A DNA stretch of 64,000 nucleotides from a virus, in IMG/VR virus record IMGVR_UViG_3300008116_003012, positions 55,007 through 119,006 of that record; one strand, given 5' to 3'. The position numbers and the translations under genes are program-made. Of the stretch, positions 19,405 through 29,380 are shown in pieces. Every line of letters begins with the position of its first letter. Positions within the stretch are counted from its first letter, which is position 1. The notes under the pieces are model-generated. The model searched no databases and had not been told where the DNA came from. It saw only the letters and a list, made by a program, of their open reading frames with translations.

Positions 19405-20118
19405 GTGTTTGTCTGTTTTAAATGGCTTACCTATTTGGGCATACGGTAAATTCCTGATGATTTTCTTTTTGAGAGAACGGATTACAGGGTGTGTATGATC
19501 CCAATCAAATGCTTTGAGTATCTTATGATATGTTGTCTTTTTGCTACGTTTTGCTCGATTACTGTCCAAATATTGTTTGGCAGAATCAAAGTCGTCGCCA
19601 AAACGATTATACAGTTCACAGGCAATGTTAAAGCTAAATGCGCCCATTTCGTCTGGATGTCCGTAATACTCTTGTTCTTTACGGTCACGGGCATAGTAGG
19701 CAGTGCTTTCGTAGCCTGGTATTGCTTTGAACTGTCTTGTGCGATATTGTCTTAGGTGTATTATTTCGTGTAACATTGTGTCTGCAAACAACATACACAT
19801 TCTTTGCCAGCGAGTCTCAGACACTTTGATCTCGCCATCGGTATCCTTGTAACTAAACACTATTTCTATTTGACGCTTGCCTTCAACATCGTAGTCTGCA
19901 TAGTAAGTTCCGCCGATGTAAACTAATCCTGCTTCGTGTGTAGGATCGTGATCCATACGAACTTTAATGGGCAAATACTGTTTAATATGGCTGCTTAGGA
20001 GTTTTTGTAGATCTTTGACAGAAAATCTCTTGCCTACTATAGAAGGTTTAAGCCCGTACAACATAGTGTACAGGCTTTTTCTGTCCAATAATGACCAGTT
20101 AAACGGTTTTCTTGACAC
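19393..20118 (-). CDS. Hypothetical HExxH zincin-like protein
   Basis: LHEIIHLRQ and EYYGHPDEMGAF; GTG start with AGGAG SD; TAAATA at 20138-20143. Confidence 0.6.
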   Translation of the reverse strand: MSRKPFNWSLLDRKSLYTMLYGLKPSIVGKRFSVKDLQKLLSSHIKQYLPIKVRMDHDPTHEAGLVYIGGTYYADYDVEGKRQIEIVFSYKDTDGEIKVSETRWQRMCMLFADTMLHEIIHLRQYRTRQFKAIPGYESTAYYARDRKEQEYYGHPDEMGAFSFNIACELYNRFGDDFDSAKQYLDSNRAKRSKKTTYHKILKAFDWDHTHPVIRSLKKKIIRNLPYAQIGKPFKTDKHLTY

Positions 20119-20175
20119 AGGACTCTCCTATTTTATATATTTAAGTCCTATACTAAAGTACATAATGTGCGTAGT

Positions 20176-20796
20176 TTATGGCCGCTTGTCGATAACTTTA
20201 TCAGCAAGTCCATAGGCTACAGCTTCTTCTGCGCTTAAAAATGTGTCAAACTTCATAGTTTCAAACAGTTCTTCGTACTTTTTACCTGCTGTGTTGTGCT
20301 TAACATACAGTTGAGTCAGTCGTTCGTTCAATCGTTTGCTTTCGCCCATGGCACGAACAGCGTCTTCGAACTGTAATTCTTGCACATGAACTGACCCACG
20401 GGTTCCTGGAGTACCTGAGCTAACACGGTGAATCATAGTTCGACTTTCGGGCAATACAAAACGCTTACCCGGAGCACCTGCTTGTGCTAAAAATGAACCC
20501 ATACTACAGGCTTGTCCAAGAACAATGGTGCTAACAGCAGGCTTAATAAACTGCATGGTATCGTAGATAGCCAACCCAGCAGTCACTGACCCACCGGGAC
20601 TGTTGATAAAGAACTGAACATCTTCAGTACCTTGACTTTCAAGAAACAACAGTTGAGCAACAATGATACTAGATGTATGCTCGTTAACATCAGTGTCCAG
20701 CATAACAATGCGATCTTTCAGCAAGCGGCTGTAGATGTCGTAAGCACGTTCACCTCGGGCTTCTGTTTCGATAACGGTTGGAATAAGATTAGGCAT
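20176..20796 (-). CDS. clpP: ATP-dependent Clp protease proteolytic subunit
   Basis: DIYSRLLKDRI, INSPGGSV, ACSMGS (Ser), MIH (His), FDTFLSAEEA (Asp) and YGLADKV. Confidence 0.95.
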   Translation of the reverse strand: MPNLIPTVIETEARGERAYDIYSRLLKDRIVMLDTDVNEHTSSIIVAQLLFLESQGTEDVQFFINSPGGSVTAGLAIYDTMQFIKPAVSTIVLGQACSMGSFLAQAGAPGKRFVLPESRTMIHRVSSGTPGTRGSVHVQELQFEDAVRAMGESKRLNERLTQLYVKHNTAGKKYEELFETMKFDTFLSAEEAVAYGLADKVIDKRP

Positions 20797-20825
20797 TGTG
20801 ATCCTTTAAAATTTTAAGTATATGT

Positions 20826-21272
20826 TCATTGATACTTGTCGTCAAGCTCAACATTAGTCAAACCTGCAACAGTTTGAAACTTCTCCCATGCTGCCTTGGC
20901 CGCTGGGTTCTTCTCCAGTTCGATACTGGGCAACACTGCTTCAAGCCAAATTTCAGGACGACGAGCAGGCCGAGCACCAAACTTACGAGGCTGATGCAGT
21001 TTGCCAGTTTCCCAAAGTTCGATAGTCACTGAACGAAAAAGATCTTCATCTTCATCTCCGTAATCTGACCACTCTGGATTACTACCACCAAAGAATCCAC
21101 GCATTAAATTAGCGTCAGATCCTCCAGCATAACCTTGCCAAATTGCCTGCCATTGATCGTTATTATTTGGATCAAAATCTGTGCGAGTAATAATAACCAG
21201 CACATCGTCAATCATTACTTTACCGTCAACAATGTCTTTAACACAACGGCTATAACTTAGTCCAATTTTCAT
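20826..21272 (-). CDS. Hypothetical phage protein
   Basis: 148-aa ORF in a tightly packed operon. Confidence 0.65.
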   Translation of the reverse strand: MKIGLSYSRCVKDIVDGKVMIDDVLVIITRTDFDPNNNDQWQAIWQGYAGGSDANLMRGFFGGSNPEWSDYGDEDEDLFRSVTIELWETGKLHQPRKFGARPARRPEIWLEAVLPSIELEKNPAAKAAWEKFQTVAGLTNVELDDKYQ

Positions 21273-21499
21273 CTTCTACCTTGTTTAACGTTTCTAACTA
21301 AAGGACCTTCTGTAGTAAAACTCAGTCCTGCACTCTTGCCTTCGTACACTACACCATTCCATTTCATATCGAGTTTAATGGTACGATTAATACTGACTGC
21401 ACAATGATCATGTTCTCGGAAACTTAACATTTCTCCGACCATTCTACGTCCGTTGTCTTCGCACATGATTTCGCAAGTATTTTCAACGACCTGCCTCAT
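21269..21499 (-). CDS. Hypothetical protein
   Basis: 76-aa ORF with ATGA overlaps. Confidence 0.6.
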   Translation of the reverse strand: MRQVVENTCEIMCEDNGRRMVGEMLSFREHDHCAVSINRTIKLDMKWNGVVYEGKSAGLSFTTEGPLVRNVKQGRR

Positions 21500-21786
21500 G
21501 ATAACTCAAACCTTACTTCTTTAATACTATCCCATCGAAAACTTTTCCAAGCTTTGGATTCTAGGTCATACACTGGCATAACCTCTTCGTTAACTTTCTT
21601 TTCTTTCTTGGGCTCTGTACTTTCTACAATTTCAACAGCAGGAACAAGTTCTGGATTGGTTGTACAATTCATTACTCGTTCCGTACCATCTTTTTTTGTA
21701 AAGACCACAGTAGTAGGACCGTAAGCCAAATGACTTTTCAGCCAACGCTTAAAGATTTTAACATCTTTCTCACTTAGATTCTGCAT
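21496..21786 (-). CDS. SH3/Sm-like beta-barrel (WYL_2/DUF2693-like) protein
   Basis: VVFTKKDGTERVMNCT and VYDLESKAWKSFRWDSI pattern. Confidence 0.7.
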   Translation of the reverse strand: MQNLSEKDVKIFKRWLKSHLAYGPTTVVFTKKDGTERVMNCTTNPELVPAVEIVESTEPKKEKKVNEEVMPVYDLESKAWKSFRWDSIKEVRFELS

Positions 21787-21913
21787 CGTGTGCCTCTAAT
21801 TTTTGTTTAAGTTCTGCATTCTCTGCTTCTAATGTTTCGATATGACTTGCTAGTTGCATCATCATTTCGTACATATTTTTAGCAGTTGTTTTTGTAATGT
21901 CAGCAATATTCAT
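21770..21913 (-). CDS. Small coiled-coil protein (47 aa), below the ORF-track cutoff
   Basis: Manual translation MNIADITKTTAKNMYEMMMQLASHIETLEAENAELKQKLEAHDAESK; fills the operon gap and has a GAGG SD. Confidence 0.6.
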   Translation of the reverse strand: MNIADITKTTAKNMYEMMMQLASHIETLEAENAELKQKLEAHDAESK

Positions 21914-22768
21914 TTATACCTCGATAATTTTAGTAATGTCCCAGCCACTTTGCTCACTGTAGCCATCGGACTCGTATCCCCTCGGGTTGCAGACAATACG
22001 AGTTTCACCTATGACATAGTCAAAAGGATGATGTGTATGACCATGTGTCCACAGTTTGATCTGCGGATGATCTAGAATGAACTCACTAAGATCGCTACTG
22101 TAAGCACCGTTCATTAGATATTGATCCTTGTAGTTTTCATGTGTGCTGAGCTTACTGGGCGAATGATGTCCAACTACAACAAACTTTTCGTCATGCTTTT
22201 CAGCAACAATAGTCTTGATGTATTGTAACATCTTTATGTGTCGAACTACAGTGTCTTCTGGACGAACTTTACGATAGTCGGCATTTTCTACTCGAATGAT
22301 ACGGAAATCGTTCATCATGTCGCGCACCGCCTGCAGAGTCAAACTGTCTTGACGATTCATGTCAGTCCACAGTGTACCACCGATAAACGTAATGTCATCG
22401 ATCTTCTTGCTTTCACATTCTAAGAAATAGACATTGTCAAACTTAGCACACTCGTTACGCAACACTTCTAGTGTCTGAAACCATTTGCCGTTATAGAACT
22501 CATGATTACCTGCAACGTAGATAACGTGAGGAAACTGAAAGCTACAACGCTTTAGAAAGTCGCGAAACCGCTGAACTCGAATTTGCTTTTTACCTAATTC
22601 GGCAAATGCACCTTGACTGTAGGGATTAAAATCCGCAGCCGGGTGACTGTGCAAATCGTCAGCAATCATAATGTCGCCTCCAAGTATCAGAACATCTGCA
22701 CCTTCGTCATTTTTAATATTGATATCGGAAAACTCTAAATGGAGGTCCGATACTAGTTTAATCTTCAT
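21914..22768 (-). CDS. Calcineurin-like metallophosphoesterase
   Basis: SDLHLE, GGDI, AGNHE, GHH and HGHTH motifs; true start MKIKLVSDLH at 22768. Confidence 0.9.
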   Translation of the reverse strand: MKIKLVSDLHLEFSDINIKNDEGADVLILGGDIMIADDLHSHPAADFNPYSQGAFAELGKKQIRVQRFRDFLKRCSFQFPHVIYVAGNHEFYNGKWFQTLEVLRNECAKFDNVYFLECESKKIDDITFIGGTLWTDMNRQDSLTLQAVRDMMNDFRIIRVENADYRKVRPEDTVVRHIKMLQYIKTIVAEKHDEKFVVVGHHSPSKLSTHENYKDQYLMNGAYSSDLSEFILDHPQIKLWTHGHTHHPFDYVIGETRIVCNPRGYESDGYSEQSGWDITKIIEV

Positions 22769-23189
22769 TTGGAAATCTCTCTGCATAACGTGCATCTGCT
22801 TCTGCTCGATGCACTGGACATAATGTTTTAATCCAACCTTTACCCCCAGCTGTGCCAGGAGCTCCACATTCTTCACAACTGCGTTCAGCCCATGCTTCTG
22901 CCATACGCACCATACCGCTAATTTGGTCATCACCTCCGGTGTAATAGAAACGTAGTCCACCGAACTTTTCTTTAATCTGTTCTACAACTACCTGTTCAAC
23001 TACAGGACGAGTTTCTCGATTCTTGTTCCACCAATCAATATGACTTTGGATGTTAGCGCATAGGCTTTCAATAATAGGCCACCAGCCTGCTCCTATTGCA
23101 AATCCGCCATAGGGAGTTGCAAACATTTTGGGATACTTCTCTTCCATACGTTTGGCAAACTCATCATATTGTTGTTCAGTATATCTCAT
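22758..23189 (-). CDS. Hypothetical phage protein (QIKEKFGGLRFY family, C-terminal Zn-finger-like)
   Basis: GWW, QIKEKFGGLRFY and CEECG...TLCPVH. Confidence 0.7.
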   Translation of the reverse strand: MRYTEQQYDEFAKRMEEKYPKMFATPYGGFAIGAGWWPIIESLCANIQSHIDWWNKNRETRPVVEQVVVEQIKEKFGGLRFYYTGGDDQISGMVRMAEAWAERSCEECGAPGTAGGKGWIKTLCPVHRAEADARYAERFPNED

Positions 23190-23920
23190 TGTGCAATCTT
23201 TACATAATTAAGTCGAGTTTCAATTTTCTTACACAACCAATTCTCAGCATGTTGTTTTACTTTGGCTTTGATTACCACAGCCGGGCCTACTCGGGGCTCT
23301 TTATTACTCATCCAGCTGACAATCTTATTGTCTATTATAGCAAGAATATTCCAAGCATCAAAGTTTTTTGAACGATTGACTTGCAGGACCTCGCAGTCCT
23401 TGTCGAGCAACATGTCTCCAATTTCTGCTAACCCTGCATTATCTGCAACACGAAACATTTTTTCAAGTTTGTTTTTGCTCACATCTCGAGCATACACACT
23501 GGGCAAACATGCAATAAACCCAATCTTGTTAGAAGGCATGTGCTCAGTCATTAGCAAACTAAAAACTTCAGTTTGGAACTCGTTATCTCCTTTGACAGCA
23601 GAAAACATTAACCGTTTGTAATAGTTGCGGATCTCGTCGCTCAATTCGGCATCTTGAGTTTCTAAAGCCAATGACATAGGTCGAAATTCTTGTTCAGCTT
23701 TATCGTACTTGTCAATACCTAAGGCATGTCGAATTAGTGTTTTGTTGTCGTGCTTGACAAAGAGAAACTTGCCTTGGTTGTCGTGGACATACTCGGCAGT
23801 TTTTATGTATGCTTTGTTAGTACGTTGAGCGGCACAGGCCAACTCAAGGACTTTTTGGACGGGGAATTCTGCGCTCACTTCTAGAAACTTTCCAGTAGGA
23901 TTATCGTTGCTGATGATCAT
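23186..23920 (-). CDS. Hypothetical protein (true start may be a GTG about 14 codons downstream)
   Basis: 244-aa ORF; the upstream -10 box abuts the annotated ATG. Confidence 0.65.
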   Translation of the reverse strand: MIISNDNPTGKFLEVSAEFPVQKVLELACAAQRTNKAYIKTAEYVHDNQGKFLFVKHDNKTLIRHALGIDKYDKAEQEFRPMSLALETQDAELSDEIRNYYKRLMFSAVKGDNEFQTEVFSLLMTEHMPSNKIGFIACLPSVYARDVSKNKLEKMFRVADNAGLAEIGDMLLDKDCEVLQVNRSKNFDAWNILAIIDNKIVSWMSNKEPRVGPAVVIKAKVKQHAENWLCKKIETRLNYVKIAQ

Positions 23921-23949
23921 ATTTTACACGAAAATGTGTCTGCTGTCAA
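23921..23949 (-). promoter_or_regulatory. sigma70-type promoter TTGACA-17-TAAAAT
   Basis: -35 at 23949-23944, -10 at 23926-23921. Confidence 0.65.
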
Positions 23950-24583
23950 GTGTTTCCAAATGTTTATAAACCTTTTTGGCTAGCTTTTTAAGTAGCGCAT
24001 TGTCTTTGAAGTAGGCAATGTAACAGTTTAAGTTAGGACTTACTAACATATCTCCCCGTTTCATTTTACCCAAAATAGTCATTTTAACCATATTTCGTTT
24101 GGCTCGAGACGCAGGCATGGCTCGCAACAGTTCGATAGCAATGCTTAGTGCATAAGCATCTAACTCGTCTGGATCAGCTAGATACTTGCTAAATGGCTCG
24201 TGTGCATGTTCACTGTAGCTTTCAAAATACCTTTGACTACTCTGAGTTTGGTGACGCATTTCATGTACTACCGCATCAAAGATTTGAATTAAAAAATCTG
24301 TAATTTGATTATGTTGAAACTTGTTGTCACCTAAAAAGTTGTGATGCACTACAACTTCTATTGCTGTTTCATTATTAAAATCATCTTCAGGATCATAATA
24401 TGCCATAACATAAAAATGATCGTGATCTAATGTCTTGTCCTTCTTAGTTTTAATGGCAAGATCTATGTCGTTGTTTTTAAATTCTTTTTTAGTAGCAAAT
24501 ACTAACTTGCGAAAGCTAGTTGACGGATGACTCTTTCGAACGTTTTGACATACATTATTAACACGTTCGATAATTGAGTTCAT
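23924..24583 (-). CDS. Hypothetical HExxH zincin-like protein (likely paralog of 19393..20118)
   Basis: VHEMRHQTQ and YLADPDELDAYA. Confidence 0.6.
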   Translation of the reverse strand: MNSIIERVNNVCQNVRKSHPSTSFRKLVFATKKEFKNNDIDLAIKTKKDKTLDHDHFYVMAYYDPEDDFNNETAIEVVVHHNFLGDNKFQHNQITDFLIQIFDAVVHEMRHQTQSSQRYFESYSEHAHEPFSKYLADPDELDAYALSIAIELLRAMPASRAKRNMVKMTILGKMKRGDMLVSPNLNCYIAYFKDNALLKKLAKKVYKHLETLDSRHIFV

Positions 24584-24584
24584 G

Positions 24585-24803
24585 TTACATCCTGTAAATG
24601 ATACGACCTTTAGTTAGATCGTATGGACTCATTTCTAGTTTAACTTTATCACCCATGATAACTTTAATTTTGTGTTGCTTGAGTTTACCGCCCATGTAAC
24701 ACAATACTTCATGTTCCATATTGTCTACTCTAACTCGAAATGTAGAGTTAGGTAACACCTCTTCTACTTTGCCTGTGATTTCTAATAGTTCTTCTTTAGC
24801 CAT
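24585..24803 (-). CDS. infA: Translation initiation factor IF-1
   Basis: 72 aa, [24 protein letters not shown]...[21 protein letters not shown], closely matching IF-1. Confidence 0.95.
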   Translation of the reverse strand: MAKEELLEITGKVEEVLPNSTFRVRVDNMEHEVLCYMGGKLKQHKIKVIMGDKVKLEMSPYDLTKGRIIYRM

Positions 24804-24969
24804 TTTTTGAAATTGATATTGCTCCGTCTACTACAGACACTGTTAACGTGTCTCCTTCTTTCCAGCCTGTTTGCTCCAACACTTCGGGAGGAAATTTTAG
24901 AATAACATTGTCAGGATCTCCCGGAATGTCTTCAAAAATATCTTCAGCCTTAAATGTTAATACTGTCAT
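24796..24969 (-). CDS. AbrB/MazE-like DNA-binding protein (57 aa), below the ORF-track cutoff
   Basis: Manual translation ...[34 protein letters not shown], a swapped-hairpin pattern. Confidence 0.7.
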   Translation of the reverse strand: MTVLTFKAEDIFEDIPGDPDNVILKFPPEVLEQTGWKEGDTLTVSVVDGAISISKNG

Positions 24970-25523
24970 TATATATCCTTAGTGTCATCGTATTTAACCA
25001 CTAACCAACCTAACCGGTGTAAATCACTTTCAATTTCCTCAGTTACTACACTTTCGGAAACATAACCAGTTCTAGCTTTCCATTGCTTGTCAGTTTCTTC
25101 ACTAGTATAATCAGCAATTTGGCCGCCGATTCCACTACAGTACCAATCAATGTAGTCGCCTTCTTGTCGCATGTCTGCAATTATACCGCCAGCTGATCTC
25201 CAACTGCAACTCCATTTCTCTTCTTTTAAAATGGACCACATTTCACGTTTGATAAAATCGTTGTTGCACATTGCCGCATATAAATTCTGTGCATAAGATT
25301 CGCTAGCTCGAACTTTCTCTAGTATCCAATCAGTAGTCACTAGATCGTATTCCATATTATTTTTCATAGATTCAGGAGTTTGCCATTTTTTATCAGCATC
25401 TTCGACAATCTTTTGAAACATATCTAAGTAATCTTGATTAGGCTCTTCGCCATTTTCTTCCATGCGTTTTAGATAACCTTCCTTTTGAAAGGTGTGTCGT
25501 TCAGGGCTTTTGCTTGGTTTCAT
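24969..25523 (-). CDS. Hypothetical phage protein
   Basis: 184-aa ORF with YAQNLYAAMCNN, SCSWRSAGG and GDYIDWYCSG. Confidence 0.7.
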   Translation of the reverse strand: MKPSKSPERHTFQKEGYLKRMEENGEEPNQDYLDMFQKIVEDADKKWQTPESMKNNMEYDLVTTDWILEKVRASESYAQNLYAAMCNNDFIKREMWSILKEEKWSCSWRSAGGIIADMRQEGDYIDWYCSGIGGQIADYTSEETDKQWKARTGYVSESVVTEEIESDLHRLGWLVVKYDDTKDI

Positions 25524-25563
25524 ACTTTGTTGAATTGTTTTATAAACCTGTTAAATATAATCA

Positions 25564-26550
25564 ATGAACTTTACAGAAATACCATTTGAAAAAATTGTGC
25601 GTTTTGGACAACGAACAATGTTGACTCGCCCGTTGTTTTCCACAAGCTGGATACTAGGACGTTTTTGCAATTACAAATGTAGTTATTGTTGGCCTTATGC
25701 ACGTAGCGATCAACTTGATTATCAAAGTTTAGACGTATATAAGTGTACAGTAGATCAAATAAAAAGTCAAGCTCGTTTGAACGGATTTACCGAATTTCAT
25801 TGGAGTTTCAGTGGAGGAGAACCTACTGCTTACAAAGGGCTATTAGAACTAACCAAATATTTAGATGATGGTGTGCAGACTCCTTATCAAAGTGTACACA
25901 TGACTACCAATCTATCACCTGGATTAGAATGGTGGAAACGTTGGTCTAATGCTACTTCTATGTTAGCTAGACGCAGTATTACAGCAAGCCATCACGCAGA
26001 GTTTGCTAAAGAACAAGAGTTTGGTGATAAGATTTTACATCTAACAGACGAAAATGTTTTTGTCACTATCAATCAAGTAATGGTACCTGAGTTATTTTTT
26101 CAACTGTACGAAAAACTAGAACGCTTTCATCGAAGAGGAATAAACGTAACGTTGAAGCCGCAAAGCGATCCTACAGCTAGTCGTATAGTTGATGGGTACA
26201 CTGACGAAATGACGCAGTTGATGCGTACAGGTTTCCCGCAACAGTCACAAGGTGAAGATATATATCAAATATCACTGTTTGATAAAAGTAATGAAGAATA
26301 CCTATTTGATCAAGCTGAGAGATTCAACGCATTTGGATTTAATAAGTTTAAGGACTGGTCTTGCAATAGCGGATATCAAAGTGTTATTATAAGAAGTAAC
26401 GAAGTTAAAAGAAGTTATAGTTGTCATGACGGAGCATTAGGAACGTTAACAGAAGGGTTTAATCTTTTTAAATCTCCTAAGGTTTGTATAACTCCTACTT
26501 GTGTAAGTTCTGCAGACAGTAAAATACCAAAAATAAAAAATGAATATTGA
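25564..26550 (+). CDS. Radical SAM enzyme
   Basis: CNYKCSYC, SGGEPT and a C-terminal Cys cluster; TAAATA at 25552-25557. Confidence 0.9.
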   Translation: MNFTEIPFEKIVRFGQRTMLTRPLFSTSWILGRFCNYKCSYCWPYARSDQLDYQSLDVYKCTVDQIKSQARLNGFTEFHWSFSGGEPTAYKGLLELTKYLDDGVQTPYQSVHMTTNLSPGLEWWKRWSNATSMLARRSITASHHAEFAKEQEFGDKILHLTDENVFVTINQVMVPELFFQLYEKLERFHRRGINVTLKPQSDPTASRIVDGYTDEMTQLMRTGFPQQSQGEDIYQISLFDKSNEEYLFDQAERFNAFGFNKFKDWSCNSGYQSVIIRSNEVKRSYSCHDGALGTLTEGFNLFKSPKVCITPTCVSSADSKIPKIKNEY

Positions 26551-27139
26551 CACAGAACATTTACATCATTGGATGCAGGCTATTAGGCAAAGTCCTGATC
26601 CTATGCGTACAATGGACGCCTTTTGGAGTGGACAGCTTCGCAGCAAAGAATGGCTTATAGATTGTTTAGATGAGCATGTACACCACAGTTCTAGTATAGA
26701 CATTCACGGAGGATGGGTAGGTGTACTGGCTAGTATGATTTTTCAAAGCAACATACCTGTTACTACTATTAGAAGTATAGACATTGATTCGTCGTGTGAA
26801 TCTATTGCCAACATGATGAACAGACAAGAATATTTGAATAATAAATTTAGAGCTGTAACTGCTAACATGTGTGAGATTCGTAGCGACGCTGATATTTCTA
26901 TTAACACTAGTTTTGAACACATATCTCAAGACGATTATGATTTATGGTTAAGCGGATTGAAGCACAACAGTTTAATAGTACTGCAAACAAATAATTACAA
27001 AATACCTGAGCATATTAGAATTTCTAAAAATTTAGAAGAATTTAAAGAACAAGCAGGTTTAGAAAAAGTTTTATATTCTGGAGAATTAGAGTTACCTTTA
27101 TATAAAAGATTTATGATTATAGGATATAAGAATGTTTAA
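26540..27139 (+). CDS. Class I SAM-dependent methyltransferase-like protein
   Basis: IHGGWVG, SIDID and INTSFEH. Confidence 0.65.
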   Translation: MNIDTEHLHHWMQAIRQSPDPMRTMDAFWSGQLRSKEWLIDCLDEHVHHSSSIDIHGGWVGVLASMIFQSNIPVTTIRSIDIDSSCESIANMMNRQEYLNNKFRAVTANMCEIRSDADISINTSFEHISQDDYDLWLSGLKHNSLIVLQTNNYKIPEHIRISKNLEEFKEQAGLEKVLYSGELELPLYKRFMIIGYKNV

Positions 27140-28223
27140 ATTTTCAGAACTACACGCAGTTCATTTAGAAATTACTAATAATTGTCAAGCAAAATGTCCT
27201 ATGTGTTCTAGGAACTACAGGGGAGGATTAGAAAATCCGTACATCAAAGTTAATGAATGGTCACTTGAAGATTTTTCTACAATCTTCAATCAAGAAGTAT
27301 TAGATCAATTAAAGAGTATTTTCTTTTGCGGAAATTTTGGAGATCCTATTATCAACAACGACCTAGCAGAAATGTGTGGGTACGCTACTAACGGAAATCC
27401 AAATTTACAAATAAGAATACATACTAACGGCGGAGCACGATCTAAAGAATGGTGGAGGTCATTGCCCGCAAAACTTCCTAGAAATCATTTTGTTATATTT
27501 GGGATTGATGGACTAGAAGATACTCATCACATTTACAGAGTTGGTACTAAGTATCAACAGGTTATCGATAATGCCAAAGCATTTATAGATGCCGGAGGGA
27601 TTGCAGAATGGGTCTTTATTAAATTCAAACATAACGAACACCAAGTAGAAGAAGCAAGGAAAAGAGCTAAAGAATTAGGATTCAAACTATTTACAGTTAA
27701 AAACAGTACTAGATTTTTAGAAGAAAAATTTAAAGTCCTTGATAAAAATGGAAACACTGATTATTACTTAGAACCTCCTACAAACAATCAAGTGACTTTA
27801 ATTTCACCTGATATGATTAAAAATTATAAGGTATGGGTTGATGATTCTAACATTGAATGTTACGTTCAACAAAATAGAGAAATATACATAGACGCATACA
27901 AAAATTTATTTCCCTGCTGTTTCCTTGCATCTACTCCTTATAATTATACAGAAGAAAATGACTTTACGTTCCCTGTAAGACAAGAAGTAAAAAAACAGTA
28001 TTCTAAATTAGTAGAATCGCTAGGCGGAATAGAAAATCTAAGTGCCACAAAGGTAGGTGTAAAAAATATACTAGAATCTAATTCTTGGCAAACTGTTTGG
28101 GATTATTACTGGAATGAATATAAACTAATTGTTTGTGCTAGAACTTGCGGAGTTAGTGCAAGCAAACCAATTTCAAAACCTAAAGATCAGTTCGTAGAAA
28201 GATCTAACCTTAAGGAAGAATGA
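27132..28223 (+). CDS. Radical SAM enzyme with SPASM/twitch-like C-terminus
   Basis: CQAKCPMC, CGNFGDP, HTNG, GIDG, PCC and CARTC. Confidence 0.9.
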   Translation: MFKFSELHAVHLEITNNCQAKCPMCSRNYRGGLENPYIKVNEWSLEDFSTIFNQEVLDQLKSIFFCGNFGDPIINNDLAEMCGYATNGNPNLQIRIHTNGGARSKEWWRSLPAKLPRNHFVIFGIDGLEDTHHIYRVGTKYQQVIDNAKAFIDAGGIAEWVFIKFKHNEHQVEEARKRAKELGFKLFTVKNSTRFLEEKFKVLDKNGNTDYYLEPPTNNQVTLISPDMIKNYKVWVDDSNIECYVQQNREIYIDAYKNLFPCCFLASTPYNYTEENDFTFPVRQEVKKQYSKLVESLGGIENLSATKVGVKNILESNSWQTVWDYYWNEYKLIVCARTCGVSASKPISKPKDQFVERSNLKEE

Positions 28224-29379
28224 TATCTCTAGAGTGAAGACTTAATAAATGATTTCTATTCCAGTCTAACACACTGTACATTTCTTTATAAAGACAGTGT
28301 AATTGATCGTTAGACAGGCTGTTAATGTAATCAATAAGTTTAAAAATCTTTAATAATCTTTCTGCATGATCAGATTCTTCATCGTAAGACTCGTCCCACC
28401 ATTTATCAAAAGTTTTAAACCCTAGTTCTTTCAAATACTGTAAAGTAAATGGGGCACCTATCATTATAAAAGGTGTTAGTGTAACCATAGAGTTAAATGT
28501 TTTTTCAGTAATTGTAGCAGTAGGTTGAAAAAATACTGATTCAGTAACTATTGCTGCAAACGAATCTTCAAAACTTTTTAAAAAGTTTTCTAAATTTCCA
28601 TCCCAAGTCCACGGAAAGTTTGCAATTTTAGGAAATTTATAATTTTCAATTACAATTTTATCAATCTTATTATCAATGAAAAAATCTGTTTGATTTAAAA
28701 TTTTATTTCCTTCTTTTAGATAGTACCAAGGTAAAGTTTTAAGCCAAGTGATATCTTCGCATATATTGTTACAGGAAAACGGCCAACTGTACTTCCCTGG
28801 CTTATCAGCTAGATAACACATTAGTAAGTGTCTATGATTAGTAAATCTATTTGCAGAACACCAAAACTTATATTTGATTTCATTTTTGGGCTTAAACAAT
28901 TCTGCGTTATACTTATAACCAATTGATTCGGTTTGATTTTGAAAATCTAAACACTGTAATGTTAAATTAGGATAATTTTGAAAAATATATTTTGTTGTAT
29001 TGTATTCACAACAATGAACAGTTATGCTAATTTCTTCTTCTCTAGCAAACTTATCTGCAACATCTAACACAGGAGTTCGCAATTCTGTATGAAGCTGGTC
29101 GTTGTATTCTAGTTCATTGTATTCTTTTACAGTTTTATCAGTATCTGAATAATATCTAAACCATTCAAACAAATATATTTCTATCCCAGTTTCTTTAAGT
29201 AAATGTTTGTTTAAATTGTGTTTAATGTTGTCTAAAGAAAATTCTTTTCCTTGTCCTATATAAACAATTGAAGGAACTTTAGTTCTTCCCAAAGCGGTAG
29301 ATTCAATTATTTCATTGTCTAGTACAATAGTAGAAGATAACTCAAAAGGAAAGTTATGATAATAAATGTTTTCCCGCAT
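28210..29379 (-). CDS. Glycosyltransferase-like hypothetical protein
   Basis: C-terminal VTESVF...TEKTF...PFI...GFKTF...DESYD, reminiscent of the GT10-like ENx...TEK core. Confidence 0.5.
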   Translation of the reverse strand: MRENIYYHNFPFELSSTIVLDNEIIESTALGRTKVPSIVYIGQGKEFSLDNIKHNLNKHLLKETGIEIYLFEWFRYYSDTDKTVKEYNELEYNDQLHTELRTPVLDVADKFAREEEISITVHCCEYNTTKYIFQNYPNLTLQCLDFQNQTESIGYKYNAELFKPKNEIKYKFWCSANRFTNHRHLLMCYLADKPGKYSWPFSCNNICEDITWLKTLPWYYLKEGNKILNQTDFFIDNKIDKIVIENYKFPKIANFPWTWDGNLENFLKSFEDSFAAIVTESVFFQPTATITEKTFNSMVTLTPFIMIGAPFTLQYLKELGFKTFDKWWDESYDEESDHAERLLKIFKLIDYINSLSNDQLHCLYKEMYSVLDWNRNHLLSLHSRDIILP

Positions 29380-29380
29380 A

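Noticed and set aside
17801-22960. Long N-terminal extensions in the ORF track for 17801..18250 and 21914..22960
   Set aside because: They overlap the ligase and the 22758..23189 gene. Downstream ATGs at 18019 and 22768 fit the operon packing and domain starts.
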